Positions 8,613 to 17,089 of a DNA stretch of 28,812 bases are shown here, piece after piece (position 1 is the stretch's first letter; each line of letters begins with the position of its first letter). The stretch comes from Planctomycetota bacterium (GTDB lineage: Bacteria; Planctomycetota; SZUA-567). The notes under the pieces are model-generated. The model saw nothing but the letters and a program-made list of their open reading frames with translations, had not been told where the DNA came from and made no database searches. The stretch covers positions 1 to 28,812 of the forward strand of contig JAVBRW010000421.1 of assembly GCA_031547475.1 (NCBI GenBank), written 5' to 3'. A program made the translations under genes and the position numbers.

Positions 8613-9709
8613 GTTCCCACCTCCGCCAGGCTTTGTTTGTCGAACCAATGCAGGTTGTTGAAGCGGAGCGCGCAGCGCTCGCCCTCCTTGAACATAAGGT
8701 CGCGGGCGATGGCTTCGTGCGTTTCCACCGCCGTCCGCAGGGTGGCGCCGTCCACCTCGACCAGATAGTCCATCATGGCGCCGAGGAAACTGGCGCGGCG
8801 CACCACGCCCGCCAGCGCGCCTCCCCCGCCCTCCCCGGCCCGGCCGATGGCGATGTCCGACGGCCGGAAGCCGGCGACCCATTCGGCCGCGCCGCCCTCC
8901 GGCTTCCGCCACGGCACCGGCTGGGTTCCGTCGCCGACGACGAAATCGTTGTCCTTCCGCCGCACCGGCAGGAAGTTGGCTATGCCCATGAAATTGAAGA
9001 CAAAGCTGTCTTTCGGATGTTCGAATATCTCGGTCGGCGCGCCGATCTGGCGCACCGCGCCCTGGGCGTCGAGGACGGCCATGCGGTCGGAAATGGCGAG
9101 GGCGATTTCCTGATCGTGGGTGACGTAGAGGACGGTGATGCCGAGCTTCCTTTGCAGCTCCTTGATTTCGAAACGCATTTCCTCGCGCAGGTTGGCGTCG
9201 AGGTTGGACAACGGTTCGTCCAGGAGCATAAGGGTCGGCTTGGCCACAAGCGCCCGGGCGAGTGCGACGCGCTGCTGCTGGCCGCCGGACAGTTCGGACG
9301 GCAGGCGCTTGTCCAGCCCCGCCATGTTGACCATGGCGATGGTGTCCAGGGTGCGGCTGGCGAGTTCGCCCGCCTCCGCCCGGGCGATCTTCAGCGGGTA
9401 CGAAACGTTCTCGAACACGGTCATGTGGGGCCAGACCGCGTAGTCCTGAAAGACGACGCCGAGATCGCGGCTGTCGGGCGGCACGTTGATGTCGGCCGCT
9501 ACGTCGGAGACCACGGTGTCGCCGATGCGGATGGAACCGGCGTCCGGCGATTCGAATCCGGCGATGAGGCGGAGAAGCACGGTTTTTCCGCAGCCCGACG
9601 GGCCGAGCAGGGTAAAGCATTCGCCGTGTTCGATGGTCAGGGACAGGTTGGACAGCACCTGGCGGGCGCCGTAGGCTTTCGAGACGTTTTGGACGTGAAT
9701 GGTGGCCAT
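8609..9709 (-). CDS. ABC transporter ATP-binding subunit 1 (FbpC/PotA-like)
   Basis: 366 aa; GPSGCGKT, LSGGQQQRVALARAL, LMLLDEP, YVTHD, C-terminal TOBE-like region. Confidence 0.93.
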   Translation of the reverse strand: MATIHVQNVSKAYGARQVLSNLSLTIEHGECFTLLGPSGCGKTVLLRLIAGFESPDAGSIRIGDTVVSDVAADINVPPDSRDLGVVFQDYAVWPHMTVFENVSYPLKIARAEAGELASRTLDTIAMVNMAGLDKRLPSELSGGQQQRVALARALVAKPTLMLLDEPLSNLDANLREEMRFEIKELQRKLGITVLYVTHDQEIALAISDRMAVLDAQGAVRQIGAPTEIFEHPKDSFVFNFMGIANFLPVRRKDNDFVVGDGTQPVPWRKPEGGAAEWVAGFRPSDIAIGRAGEGGGGALAGVVRRASFLGAMMDYLVEVDGATLRTAVETHEAIARDLMFKEGERCALRFNNLHWFDKQSLAEVGT

Positions 9710-9735
9710 GGGTTCCCCGGGGATGAAATGACTTA

Positions 9736-10728
9736 CTACCTTCCCTGCATGACATCGGTGAACTTCTTCACCAGCGTTTCCTTCTGGGTGAGAATGGTCT
9801 GGTAGTTGATCGGGATGGCGCGCTTCATCGCTTCGGCGGCCGGCGGGATTTTGAACTGGGCGGGAACCTGGACGTCCGCCCTGACCGGCAGGGTGCCTTC
9901 CGCCGCGATAATTTCCTGCGCTTCCTTCGACAGCAGGAAATCGACGAATTTCTTGGCCGGCTCCATGTTCAGGGCATCCTTGAAAATAGCCACCGGGCTC
10001 GGCACGACCAGCATTTCCGGCGGATAGACGAGCGCCATGGTGGCGCCCTTCGAAATCTTGTCGTTGGTGATGTAGTCGACGGCCAGGCTGGCGACCAGAT
10101 CGCCCGACGCGGTGTCGTCAATCACCTGCCCCGATCCCTTGCCGATGCGGGCCTTGTTCTTGGCCAGCGATTCGAAGAATTCCCAGCCGAACTTGTCGGC
10201 CAGGATGGCGACGCTCATGAACGAGGTGCCGGACAGGGCCGGGTTGGCAATGCCGAAAGCGCCGTTGTATTCCTTTTTGGTCAAATCGGACCACTGTTCC
10301 GGCGGCGTTTTGATGAAGCGGGTGTTGTAGGCGATGCCGAGGGTGCCGAGGCGGGCGGCGATGAAATGGCCGTCATACTCGGCGCCGAACGGGTTGAACA
10401 CCTCGCCCGCCCTTTTCGACTCGTATTTGGCGAGAATGCCGTCGGCGCGCATTTTGAAAAAGTCCGGCACTTCGCTGGTCCAGATGACGTCGGCGAGGAT
10501 TTGCCCGGATTCGCGCTCGGCGGCGATTTTCGCCATCAGCTTGCCGGCGCCGGCCGACTGGTAGTCGACGGCGAGGCCCGGGTTCTGCTTCACAAACAAA
10601 TCGCACAGACCGCCGATGAGCGATTCCTTCATGGAGGTGTAGATGATGAGTTTTTCCCCCGCCATGCCGGCGGCGGCGGACACGAACAGCACCATTCCCA
10701 ACAGCAACGCTTTCCAATGCGATTTCAT
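9736..10728 (-). CDS. ABC transporter periplasmic binding protein (Fe3+/sugar-phosphate/polyamine SBP family)
   Basis: 330 aa from MKSHWKALLL after an AAAGGAG RBS. Signal peptide, LIIYTS, GIANPALSGTS, VYPPEMLVVPSPVAIFK and AKKFVDFLLSKEAQ. Ligand not determinable. Confidence 0.9.
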   Translation of the reverse strand: MKSHWKALLLGMVLFVSAAAGMAGEKLIIYTSMKESLIGGLCDLFVKQNPGLAVDYQSAGAGKLMAKIAAERESGQILADVIWTSEVPDFFKMRADGILAKYESKRAGEVFNPFGAEYDGHFIAARLGTLGIAYNTRFIKTPPEQWSDLTKKEYNGAFGIANPALSGTSFMSVAILADKFGWEFFESLAKNKARIGKGSGQVIDDTASGDLVASLAVDYITNDKISKGATMALVYPPEMLVVPSPVAIFKDALNMEPAKKFVDFLLSKEAQEIIAAEGTLPVRADVQVPAQFKIPPAAEAMKRAIPINYQTILTQKETLVKKFTDVMQGR

Positions 10729-10911
10729 GGCATCTCCTTTTAAGTATGCGGACGAATACACCGGTTGCGAACAGGAATCATGAAAAGGGCTGTTACAAAA
10801 TAACTGCACCAGGCCCAAACCTCGTATCATTTTATGAAGGCTCGCGAATCATGAAGGTTCGCGAACTTTCTTAAAACGCTTCAATTGCGGGAATGCGCGA
10901 GACGGCTTTCA

Positions 10912-10939
10912 GTTATAACGCGTAAGCGGGAAAGTGCAA
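10912..10939 (-). promoter_or_regulatory. Possible sigma70 promoter of the ABC operon
   Basis: Minus strand TTGCAC(10939-10934)-N16-TATAAC(10917-10912). Confidence 0.4.
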
Positions 10940-11156
10940 AGCATAATTTGCCAAAAAACGGAATGACGAAAATGGCGCGCAGAAACCGAGTTGCATGGCA
11001 TTTTCATATTATAACGAATCACACCATTGACCTACCGCCAGAGGAAACATCAATCACGAATGGAGGCGGCAAGACGGGAGAAAAACAGCCGGGGAAAATA
11101 AATATAAACCGCAAGCCTCTCGGGCTGCGGCCGCCGGGGTGGTCAAATGCATTGAT

Positions 11157-11207
11157 GCAAAAGCCCCGGAACGGGAGAAAGCGATCGCTTTCACTCGCCC
11201 GTTCCGG
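11157..11207 (-). terminator. Strong nested hairpin, probable minus-strand intrinsic terminator
   Basis: Perfect 10-bp outer arms CCGGAACGGG/CCCGTTCCGG (11166-11175, 11198-11207) enclose the perfect palindrome GAAAGCGATCGCTTTC (11177-11192). On the minus strand it is followed by GGCTTTTGC, a short U-tract. Confidence 0.55.
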
Positions 11208-11244
11208 CGGCACGCACGAAGATATCGTTTAAGCAATCGCTCAA

Positions 11245-11297
11245 TATGTTTTATTAGTAAAACATAAGTATACTACCTGACTTTCGCGCATTGTCAA
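11245..11297 (-). promoter_or_regulatory. Sigma70 promoter with an inverted-repeat operator at the start site
   Basis: TTGACA(11297-11292)-N16-TAGTAT(11275-11270), an AT-rich UP region, and the perfect inverted repeat TATGTTTTA-N4-TAAAACATA (11245-11266). Confidence 0.55.
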
Positions 11298-11399
11298 GTT
11301 TTTTGTTTTAATAATAATACTTTTTTTTTTACCGGGAGGCGCCCATCGGTGGGAGGCCGCTTCCGGGAAAGGAATGGCATGCAAAACAACGGAGTGGAT

Positions 11400-11729
11400 T
11401 CATCCCAAACATTCCTCGAAAAGACGATCGCATTGTTTGGTCGCTTTTTTCAAAAAGGCCCGGTATCCATCCAGCAGGCGTTTCCCTTCCGGAGTCAGGT
11501 CGGAACCGCCGCCGCCGCTGCCGCCGCGCCGGCTACGCACCAGCGGGAAACCGGCCAACGCCTCGAAATCGGTCACGATGCGCCAGGCCTTGGAATAGGA
11601 CATGCCCATTTCCTGCGCGGCCTGCCGGAGGGATAGGCCGTTTTCGATATGATCCGCCAGGCACATGACGCCCGGGCCGAAAAACGCCTTGCCGTCGCTC
11701 AGCAGGCGCAAAGTCAACTTGTAGTTCAT
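11400..11729 (-). CDS. modE: Short ModE-family winged-helix regulator (N-terminal DNA-binding domain only)
   Basis: 109 aa: FFGPG...SLRQAAQEMGMSYSKAWR...RRGGSGGGGSDLTPEG. No TOBE/Mop domain; divergent from modABC. Confidence 0.9.
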   Translation of the reverse strand: MNYKLTLRLLSDGKAFFGPGVMCLADHIENGLSLRQAAQEMGMSYSKAWRIVTDFEALAGFPLVRSRRGGSGGGGSDLTPEGKRLLDGYRAFLKKATKQCDRLFEECLG

Positions 11730-11876
11730 GGCGGTCGCCTTTCGGGGGACGATTGATTGAACCCAACCGTATGGCAACACAATGTAATCCGTCCGCCTCG
11801 CATGGCAAGCGGGAACGCGAATATTCATTCAAAAACAATTTTCTTGCGTAATCCGGAAGGGAGGGTACAGTACATT

Positions 11877-11902
11877 TCGTTATCCTTGGAAAAACATAAC
11901 GA
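11877..11902. promoter_or_regulatory. ModE binding site
   Basis: TCGTTAT-N12-ATAACGA is a perfect inverted repeat with the same CGTTAT-N12-ATAACG geometry as the E. coli modA operator (from recall). It lies just downstream of a candidate TTGCGT-N16-TACAGT promoter (11844-11871). Confidence 0.85.
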
Positions 11903-11931
11903 GCCAACATCTTCTTCAGAGGAGATCATCA

Positions 11932-12696
11932 ATGCGCAACGCCCTTGCCGCTTTCATTCTCGCCGCCGCTCTCGCCGCACCCTTCGCCCGCGCGGGCGAA
12001 CAGCCCAGGCTTCTCCTTGCCGCGGCGGCAAGCCTGCGCTATTCCTTCGACGACAAGCTCATCCCCCTGTTCGAGGCGAACAACCCCGGCGTGAAAATCG
12101 AAGCCACCTACGACAGTTCGGGAAAGCTCCAAGCCCAGATCGAAAGCGGCCTGGAAGCCGACATATTCATGTCCGCCGCCCCGAAACAGATGAACGAGCT
12201 CAAGGACAAGGGATTCATCGAACCCGCCAGCGTCAGCAACCTGCTGGAAAACAGAATCGTGCTCATCCGCCCGGCGGGCAATCCCGGCAAGGTGACGGGA
12301 TTCGAGAACATTCTCGACGCCGACATGATTGCCGTCGGCGATCCGGCCTCGGTCCCCGCCGGCCAGTACGCGAAAGAGGCGCTCGCCTCGCTTGGCGTCT
12401 GGGACAAGGTCGCCGCCAAGGCCAGCCTCGGCACCAACGTCACCGAAGTGCTCAACTGGGTCGCCGAAGGCAGCGCCGACGTCGGCATCGTCTATGCCAC
12501 CGACGCCGCCACCACCAAACGCGCCGTTGTCATCGCCTCCGCCCCGGCCGGCAGCCTCAAGGCACCCGTCCTGTATCCGGTCGGCATGCTGGCGAAATCC
12601 CGGGCGCCGGAATTGGCGAAGGAATTCCTCGCTTTCCTGGTTTCGCCCGAAGCAATGGCCGTGTTCGAGGAATACGGATTCGCGGCCGCGAAATAA
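11932..12696 (+). CDS. modA: Molybdate ABC transporter substrate-binding protein
   Basis: 254 aa; signal peptide, AAASL, YDSSGKLQAQIESG, GDPASVPAGQYA, NVTEVL, DVGIVYATDA; AGGAG RBS. Confidence 0.95.
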   Translation: MRNALAAFILAAALAAPFARAGEQPRLLLAAAASLRYSFDDKLIPLFEANNPGVKIEATYDSSGKLQAQIESGLEADIFMSAAPKQMNELKDKGFIEPASVSNLLENRIVLIRPAGNPGKVTGFENILDADMIAVGDPASVPAGQYAKEALASLGVWDKVAAKASLGTNVTEVLNWVAEGSADVGIVYATDAATTKRAVVIASAPAGSLKAPVLYPVGMLAKSRAPELAKEFLAFLVSPEAMAVFEEYGFAAAK

Positions 12697-12711
12697 TCAA
12701 GGACATCATTC

Positions 12712-13401
12712 ATGCTGTGGCCGGCCCTTCTCGTCTCGCTTCAAACCGCCGCCGTTTCCATCGTCGCCACCTTTTTTCTCGGGCTGCTCGCCGCCCGCTG
12801 GGTCGCCGGCATGCGATCGCACGGCGTCAGGGCCGGAGTCGACTGCGTGTTCACCCTTCCCCTGGTGCTGCCGCCCACCGTCGTCGGGTTTTTCCTGCTT
12901 TTCGCGTTCGGCGCCAACCGTCCGGTCGGAAAATTCTTCATCGATTTCTTCGCCTACCGCATCGCCTTTTCCTGGTCGGCGACCGTTCTCGCCGCCGTGG
13001 TCATTTCGTTCCCCCTCATGTACCGATCCGCCCGGGGTGCGCTCGAACTGGTCGATCCCGATCTCATCCACGCCGCCCGCACCCTCGGCCTCTCCGAGCG
13101 CCGCATTTTCTGGCGCATAACCTTCCCGACCGCCCTGCCCGGCATCGCCGCCGGCGCGGTCCTTGCCTTCGCCCGGGGCATAGGCGAATTCGGCGCCACC
13201 GCCATGATCGCCGGCAATATCGCCGGGCGGACGCGCACCCTTCCCCTGGCCGTCTACTCGGCCGTGGCGGCGGGCGACATGGACGCGGCCCGCGACTGCG
13301 TCATCGTCATCGTGGCCGTCTCCTTCGTGGCGGCGGGGCTGCTCAACTATTTTCTCGCCCGCGAAAAACGCCGCACGGCAATCCGGAAAGGGCGCCGATG
13401 A
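12712..13401 (+). CDS. modB: Molybdate ABC transporter permease
   Basis: 229 aa; PLVLPPTVVGF, FPLMYRSAR, AARTLG, AFARGIGEFGAT, GNIAGRTRTLPLAVY. Confidence 0.95.
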   Translation: MLWPALLVSLQTAAVSIVATFFLGLLAARWVAGMRSHGVRAGVDCVFTLPLVLPPTVVGFFLLFAFGANRPVGKFFIDFFAYRIAFSWSATVLAAVVISFPLMYRSARGALELVDPDLIHAARTLGLSERRIFWRITFPTALPGIAAGAVLAFARGIGEFGATAMIAGNIAGRTRTLPLAVYSAVAAGDMDAARDCVIVIVAVSFVAAGLLNYFLAREKRRTAIRKGRR

Positions 13402-14450
13402 GTATGGAAGTGAGCATCGACAAGCGTTTCGGCAGGTTTCATCTCCGCGTCGATTTCCGGAGCGGGGGCGGCGTCCTTGGCCTGCTCGGCCCGTCCGGCT
13501 GCGGCAAAAGCATGATCCTGAAATGCATCGCCGGCGTCGAAACGCCCGACAGCGGGCGGATAGTCCTGAACGGCCGCGTTCTCTACGACTCCACGGCGGG
13601 CATCGATATCCGCCCGCAACAGCGCCGCGTCGGCTACCTGTTCCAAAGCTACGCACTTTTTCCCCGCATGAACGTGGCGGAAAACATCGCCGCCGGCGTC
13701 CGGGGCACGGCAACCGACAAGGCGGCGGCGGTCGAACAGTGGATCCGGCGCCTCCGCCTCGAAGGGCTGCAGCGGAACCTCCCGGACCAGCTTTCCGGCG
13801 GGCAGCAACAGCGCGTCGCCCTCGCCCGCATGCTGGCGGCGGAACCGGAAGCGGTTCTCCTGGACGAGCCGTTTTCCGCCCTCGACGCGCATCTCCGCGA
13901 ACACATGCAGCTTCTTCTCCTCGACACGGTGAAGGATTGCGCCGACGTGTTCATGGTGTCGCACAGCCGCGACGAAATCTACAAACTCTGCGAACAGACC
14001 TATGTGCTTTCCGACGGGAAAATCGCGGCCGGCGGGGGCACCCGCGATCTGTTCCGCCGCCCGGGGCGTCTGGAAGTCGCGCGGCTTCTCGGCTGCAAGA
14101 ATTTCTCCCGGGCCGAAATACTCGACGACTTCACTCTCCGCGCCCTGGATTGGGATCTCGTATTGAAAACGGCCGAACGGATTGCCCCCGATGTCCGGCA
14201 TGTCGCCATCCGCGCCCATGATTTCGTGCCGTGCGCGGCCAATCCGGGCCAGTGCGACAACCTGGTCGCCCTTCGCGTGCGGGAACGCTCTGAAGATCCG
14301 TTCGAATGGAATATCCTGTTCACCAATGCCCGCGCCGCGAATGAAAACGCCGCCGCCAGCCTGTGGTGGAAATTCAGCAAATACGCCAACCGCGATATTC
14401 CCGCCTTTCTCCGTCTGCCCCCGGAAAAGCTGCTGCTGCTTACAGAATAA
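13398..14450 (+). CDS. modC: Molybdate ABC transporter ATP-binding protein
   Basis: 350 aa from MSMEVSIDKRFGRFHL, ATGA-overlapping modB. GPSGCGKS, GYLFQSYALFP, LSGGQQQ, LLDEPFSALD. Confidence 0.92.
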   Translation: MSMEVSIDKRFGRFHLRVDFRSGGGVLGLLGPSGCGKSMILKCIAGVETPDSGRIVLNGRVLYDSTAGIDIRPQQRRVGYLFQSYALFPRMNVAENIAAGVRGTATDKAAAVEQWIRRLRLEGLQRNLPDQLSGGQQQRVALARMLAAEPEAVLLDEPFSALDAHLREHMQLLLLDTVKDCADVFMVSHSRDEIYKLCEQTYVLSDGKIAAGGGTRDLFRRPGRLEVARLLGCKNFSRAEILDDFTLRALDWDLVLKTAERIAPDVRHVAIRAHDFVPCAANPGQCDNLVALRVRERSEDPFEWNILFTNARAANENAAASLWWKFSKYANRDIPAFLRLPPEKLLLLTE

Positions 14451-14517
14451 TGCCGTTTCCGCCATCATCCTGTCCACAGCGCGCCTGCAACCTGTTTGTC
14501 GCCACCCGCATTTCCGG

Positions 14518-15636
14518 TCAAACAACGGCTTTCTTGTGGGAAACGCAGTTCTTTTCGATCAGGTTCCAGTCGAGTTCGACGCCGAGCCCGGGCTTGTCCG
14601 GCACGGTGATGACGCCGTTGCCGTCTATCGGCAGGTTGCCGAGCATGGGGAAGCGGAAATCCTCCTCGGGGACGAAGTATTCGAAGAATTCGCAGTTGCG
14701 GACGGCGCAGGAGACATGGAGGTTGGCGATGTCCATGTAGTTCATGGTGGTGGTGTGGATTTCGCAGCGCATGCCGAAACTCTCGGCCAGATGGGCGATT
14801 TTCAAGGTCCCGGTCACGCCGCATTTCCACGACACGTCGGCGCGGACAATGTCGGCGGCCTTGCGGGCGATGGTCTGGGCGACGCCCCAATGGCAGCCGC
14901 GCGTCGTCTCGGTCGCGGCGACGGGGAGATCGAGGGCGGCGCACAGTTGCGAATACTTCTCCAGCTCGAAGTCGCGGAACGGCTCCTCCAGCCAGACGTA
15001 GTCCAGTTTTTCCAGATCGCGCCCGACCCGGATCGCCTCGTCCAGCGTGTATTCGCCAACCGGATCGCTCATCAGAAGCATGTCCGGGCCGACCGCCTCG
15101 CGGAGCGCCCGGTGGATTTCCATGTCGAAACGCCAGGGGCCGGGCGGGTGCGCCTTATAGCATGAAATGCCCCTCTTCTTGTAGAGGAGCGCCTCCTCCA
15201 CATACTCGTCGACGGTGGCGTGAAACAGTCCGCTGGCGTACACCGGCAACGTGTTCCGGTACGCTCCCAGATATCGGTAAAGCGGCAGGCCGGCCGCCTT
15301 GGCCGCCATGTCCCACAGGGCGGTGTCCACCGGCCCGGGAAGGTATACGGGGAAAAAGGTCAGGTGCCGATCCATGTTCCAGAATTCGTGCCAGATCTTT
15401 TCGCGATCATGGGGCGAACGGCCCAGCACCACCGGCGCGATGTTGTCGTGGAGATACGCCTCCGTCACCTTCCCCGACCGGGCGGCAAGCACCGTGGCGA
15501 TACCTTCCACGCCCGAATCGGCGGTCAGTTTCAGCACCACCACGTCCCAGGCCATGGCGCTCTTGCCTGTCCGCCGCTCGTCGAACAGCGACTTGTCCCT
15601 CTTCACCCACCAGGTTTCGAATGCGGTTATATTCAT
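14518..15636 (-). CDS. Enolase-superfamily (mandelate racemase subgroup) enzyme, probable acid-sugar dehydratase
   Basis: 372 aa from MNITAFETWW. VDTALWDMAAKAAGLPLYRYLG, metal ligands D/E/E (MSDP, WLEEP, ATET), His (CEIH), PDKPGLGVELD. The beta-2 motif is K-x-H. Confidence 0.9.
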   Translation of the reverse strand: MNITAFETWWVKRDKSLFDERRTGKSAMAWDVVVLKLTADSGVEGIATVLAARSGKVTEAYLHDNIAPVVLGRSPHDREKIWHEFWNMDRHLTFFPVYLPGPVDTALWDMAAKAAGLPLYRYLGAYRNTLPVYASGLFHATVDEYVEEALLYKKRGISCYKAHPPGPWRFDMEIHRALREAVGPDMLLMSDPVGEYTLDEAIRVGRDLEKLDYVWLEEPFRDFELEKYSQLCAALDLPVAATETTRGCHWGVAQTIARKAADIVRADVSWKCGVTGTLKIAHLAESFGMRCEIHTTTMNYMDIANLHVSCAVRNCEFFEYFVPEEDFRFPMLGNLPIDGNGVITVPDKPGLGVELDWNLIEKNCVSHKKAVV

Positions 15637-15662
15637 TGTCCGGCAACCTTTCCTTGATGATG

Positions 15663-17063
15663 TCAAAATCCGAAATACTCTTTCGCATTGTTGTAGCAGA
15701 TGTTTTGGATGACTTTTTTGATGTCCGCCTCGCTCGAGAAATACTCGCCGCGCTCGATCAGATTGCCGAGGTAACTGCACAGGACGCGGCGGTACAACTC
15801 GTGGCGCGGATAGCTGAGAAAGCTGCGGCTGTCGGTGAGCATTCCCACGGACAGTCCGACCGGATAGAGGTTCGCCGCCGCCTCGAACTGGCGCATAATG
15901 CCGTAGGACTGGTCGTTGAACCACCAGGGGGCGCCCAGTTGCACCTTGGCCCGGGTGCCGCCGCCGCAGAACCCCGCCGCCAGGACGGCGAACGTTTCTA
16001 TATTGGTCGGATCGAGAGGGTACAGGATGGTCTTGGGCAGGCTGTTCTGCCGGTTCAGGCGATCGAGAAGGGCGCCGACGCTCTTCACGCCGGTCGAGTC
16101 GTCGGTGCAGTCGAAGCCGCAGGCGGCGCCGATCTCCCTCTCCCCCTTCCGGTTGGCGCCCTGGTAGGTGCCGATGTGCAATTGCATGACAAAGCCGTGA
16201 CGGCTGTAGAGCCCGCCCAGCGCGGTCAGGAAGGCGCTCCGGTATCGGGCTTTCTCGACCTCTGTGATCGCCTGCCCGTTCAGCGCCTTTTTGAACACCG
16301 CTTCTATTTCGGCCGGTTCGAAGTCGCTCCACGCGAAATCCTCGATGCCGTGATCGGAGACGGTGGTGCCGAAGGTTTTGAAAAAGACCAGCCGTTTCTC
16401 CAGCGCCTGGATCAGCGCGGCGAATGAGCCTATTTCCATGCCCGCCGCCTTGGACAACAGGGGAATATACTGCGTGAAATAGGGCTTTTCGCAGTAAAAC
16501 GCCTTGTCCGGCCGGAAGGCGGGCAGGACGCGGGTTTTGAAGCCGGTGCCGTCCCGGAAGGCGGAATGGTGTTCCAGGGTGTCGACGGGATCGTCGGTGG
16601 TGCAGACGATCTCGACATTGGAATGCTCCATGCACCAGCGCGGCGTCATGCCCTTCTCGGCGATGGCCGCCCTGGTGCGGCGGTAGATGTCGTCCGCATT
16701 GGTGGCGGAAAGCGGTTCGTCGATGCCGAAATAACGCTTGAGTTCGAGCGCGCACCAGATGTAGAGGGGGTTGCCGATCAGCTCGGGGAAAATCCGGGCG
16801 AAGGCCAGGAATTTCTCATAATATCCGGCGTCGCCGGTGATGAACTTCTCGTCGATGCCGAATGTGCGCATCGCCCGCCATTTGTAGTGGTCGTGGGCGA
16901 GCCACATCTCCCCCAGGTCGGTGAACACCTTGTTTTCCCTGATTTCGGAAGGGAGAAGGTGACAATGATAGTCGATGATCGGCATGTCTTTGGCATAGGC
17001 GTGGTACAGCCGCTTGCCGGTGGGGTTGGTCAGCAGCAGATCTTCGGAAAAAGCGTTGTTCAC
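15663..17063 (-). CDS. uxaC: Uronate (glucuronate/galacturonate) isomerase
   Basis: 466 aa from a GTG after an AGGAGA RBS. PIIDYHCHL, HDHYKWRAMR, GNPLYIW, CTTDDP, FRPDKA, QLGAPWWFNDQ, GMLTDSRSFLSYPRHE. Confidence 0.96.
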   Translation of the reverse strand: MNNAFSEDLLLTNPTGKRLYHAYAKDMPIIDYHCHLLPSEIRENKVFTDLGEMWLAHDHYKWRAMRTFGIDEKFITGDAGYYEKFLAFARIFPELIGNPLYIWCALELKRYFGIDEPLSATNADDIYRRTRAAIAEKGMTPRWCMEHSNVEIVCTTDDPVDTLEHHSAFRDGTGFKTRVLPAFRPDKAFYCEKPYFTQYIPLLSKAAGMEIGSFAALIQALEKRLVFFKTFGTTVSDHGIEDFAWSDFEPAEIEAVFKKALNGQAITEVEKARYRSAFLTALGGLYSRHGFVMQLHIGTYQGANRKGEREIGAACGFDCTDDSTGVKSVGALLDRLNRQNSLPKTILYPLDPTNIETFAVLAAGFCGGGTRAKVQLGAPWWFNDQSYGIMRQFEAAANLYPVGLSVGMLTDSRSFLSYPRHELYRRVLCSYLGNLIERGEYFSSEADIKKVIQNICYNNAKEYFGF

Positions 17064-17089
17064 GAAAATGTCTCCTCGCTGGAAGTGTC

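Noticed and set aside
6363-9187. DNA repeat GAAACGCATTTCCTCGCG shared by 6363-6380 and 9170-9187
   Set aside because: It is explained by paralogy of the two ATPases (REEMRF motif) and is not a mobile or regulatory repeat.
6915-9755. 946-aa ORF suggesting an ATPase-permease fusion (likewise the extended ORFs 5839-7308, 14518-16755, 15663-17567, 19112-20119 and 20902-22365)
   Set aside because: The extensions are stop-poor alternative frames over neighbouring real genes, expected at this GC content. Each true start has an RBS or a stop/start overlap.
11060-11150. GGCAAG...GCAAGCC segment resembling a c-di-GMP-I riboswitch
   Set aside because: The GGCAAACC/GAAA/GGACGCAAAGC spacing and P2 stem are not met, and no gene lies downstream on that strand.
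11321-11367. T10 run plus an imperfect hairpin as the modE terminator or a phase-variable tract
   Set aside because: The T-run is on the wrong side of the hairpin for either strand, and it lies outside any promoter spacer or CDS.
11757-14450. 897-aa ORF suggesting a giant ModC fusion
   Set aside because: The N-terminal ~547 codons are an Arg-rich off-frame read of modA/modB. The real modC starts at the ATGA overlap at 13398.
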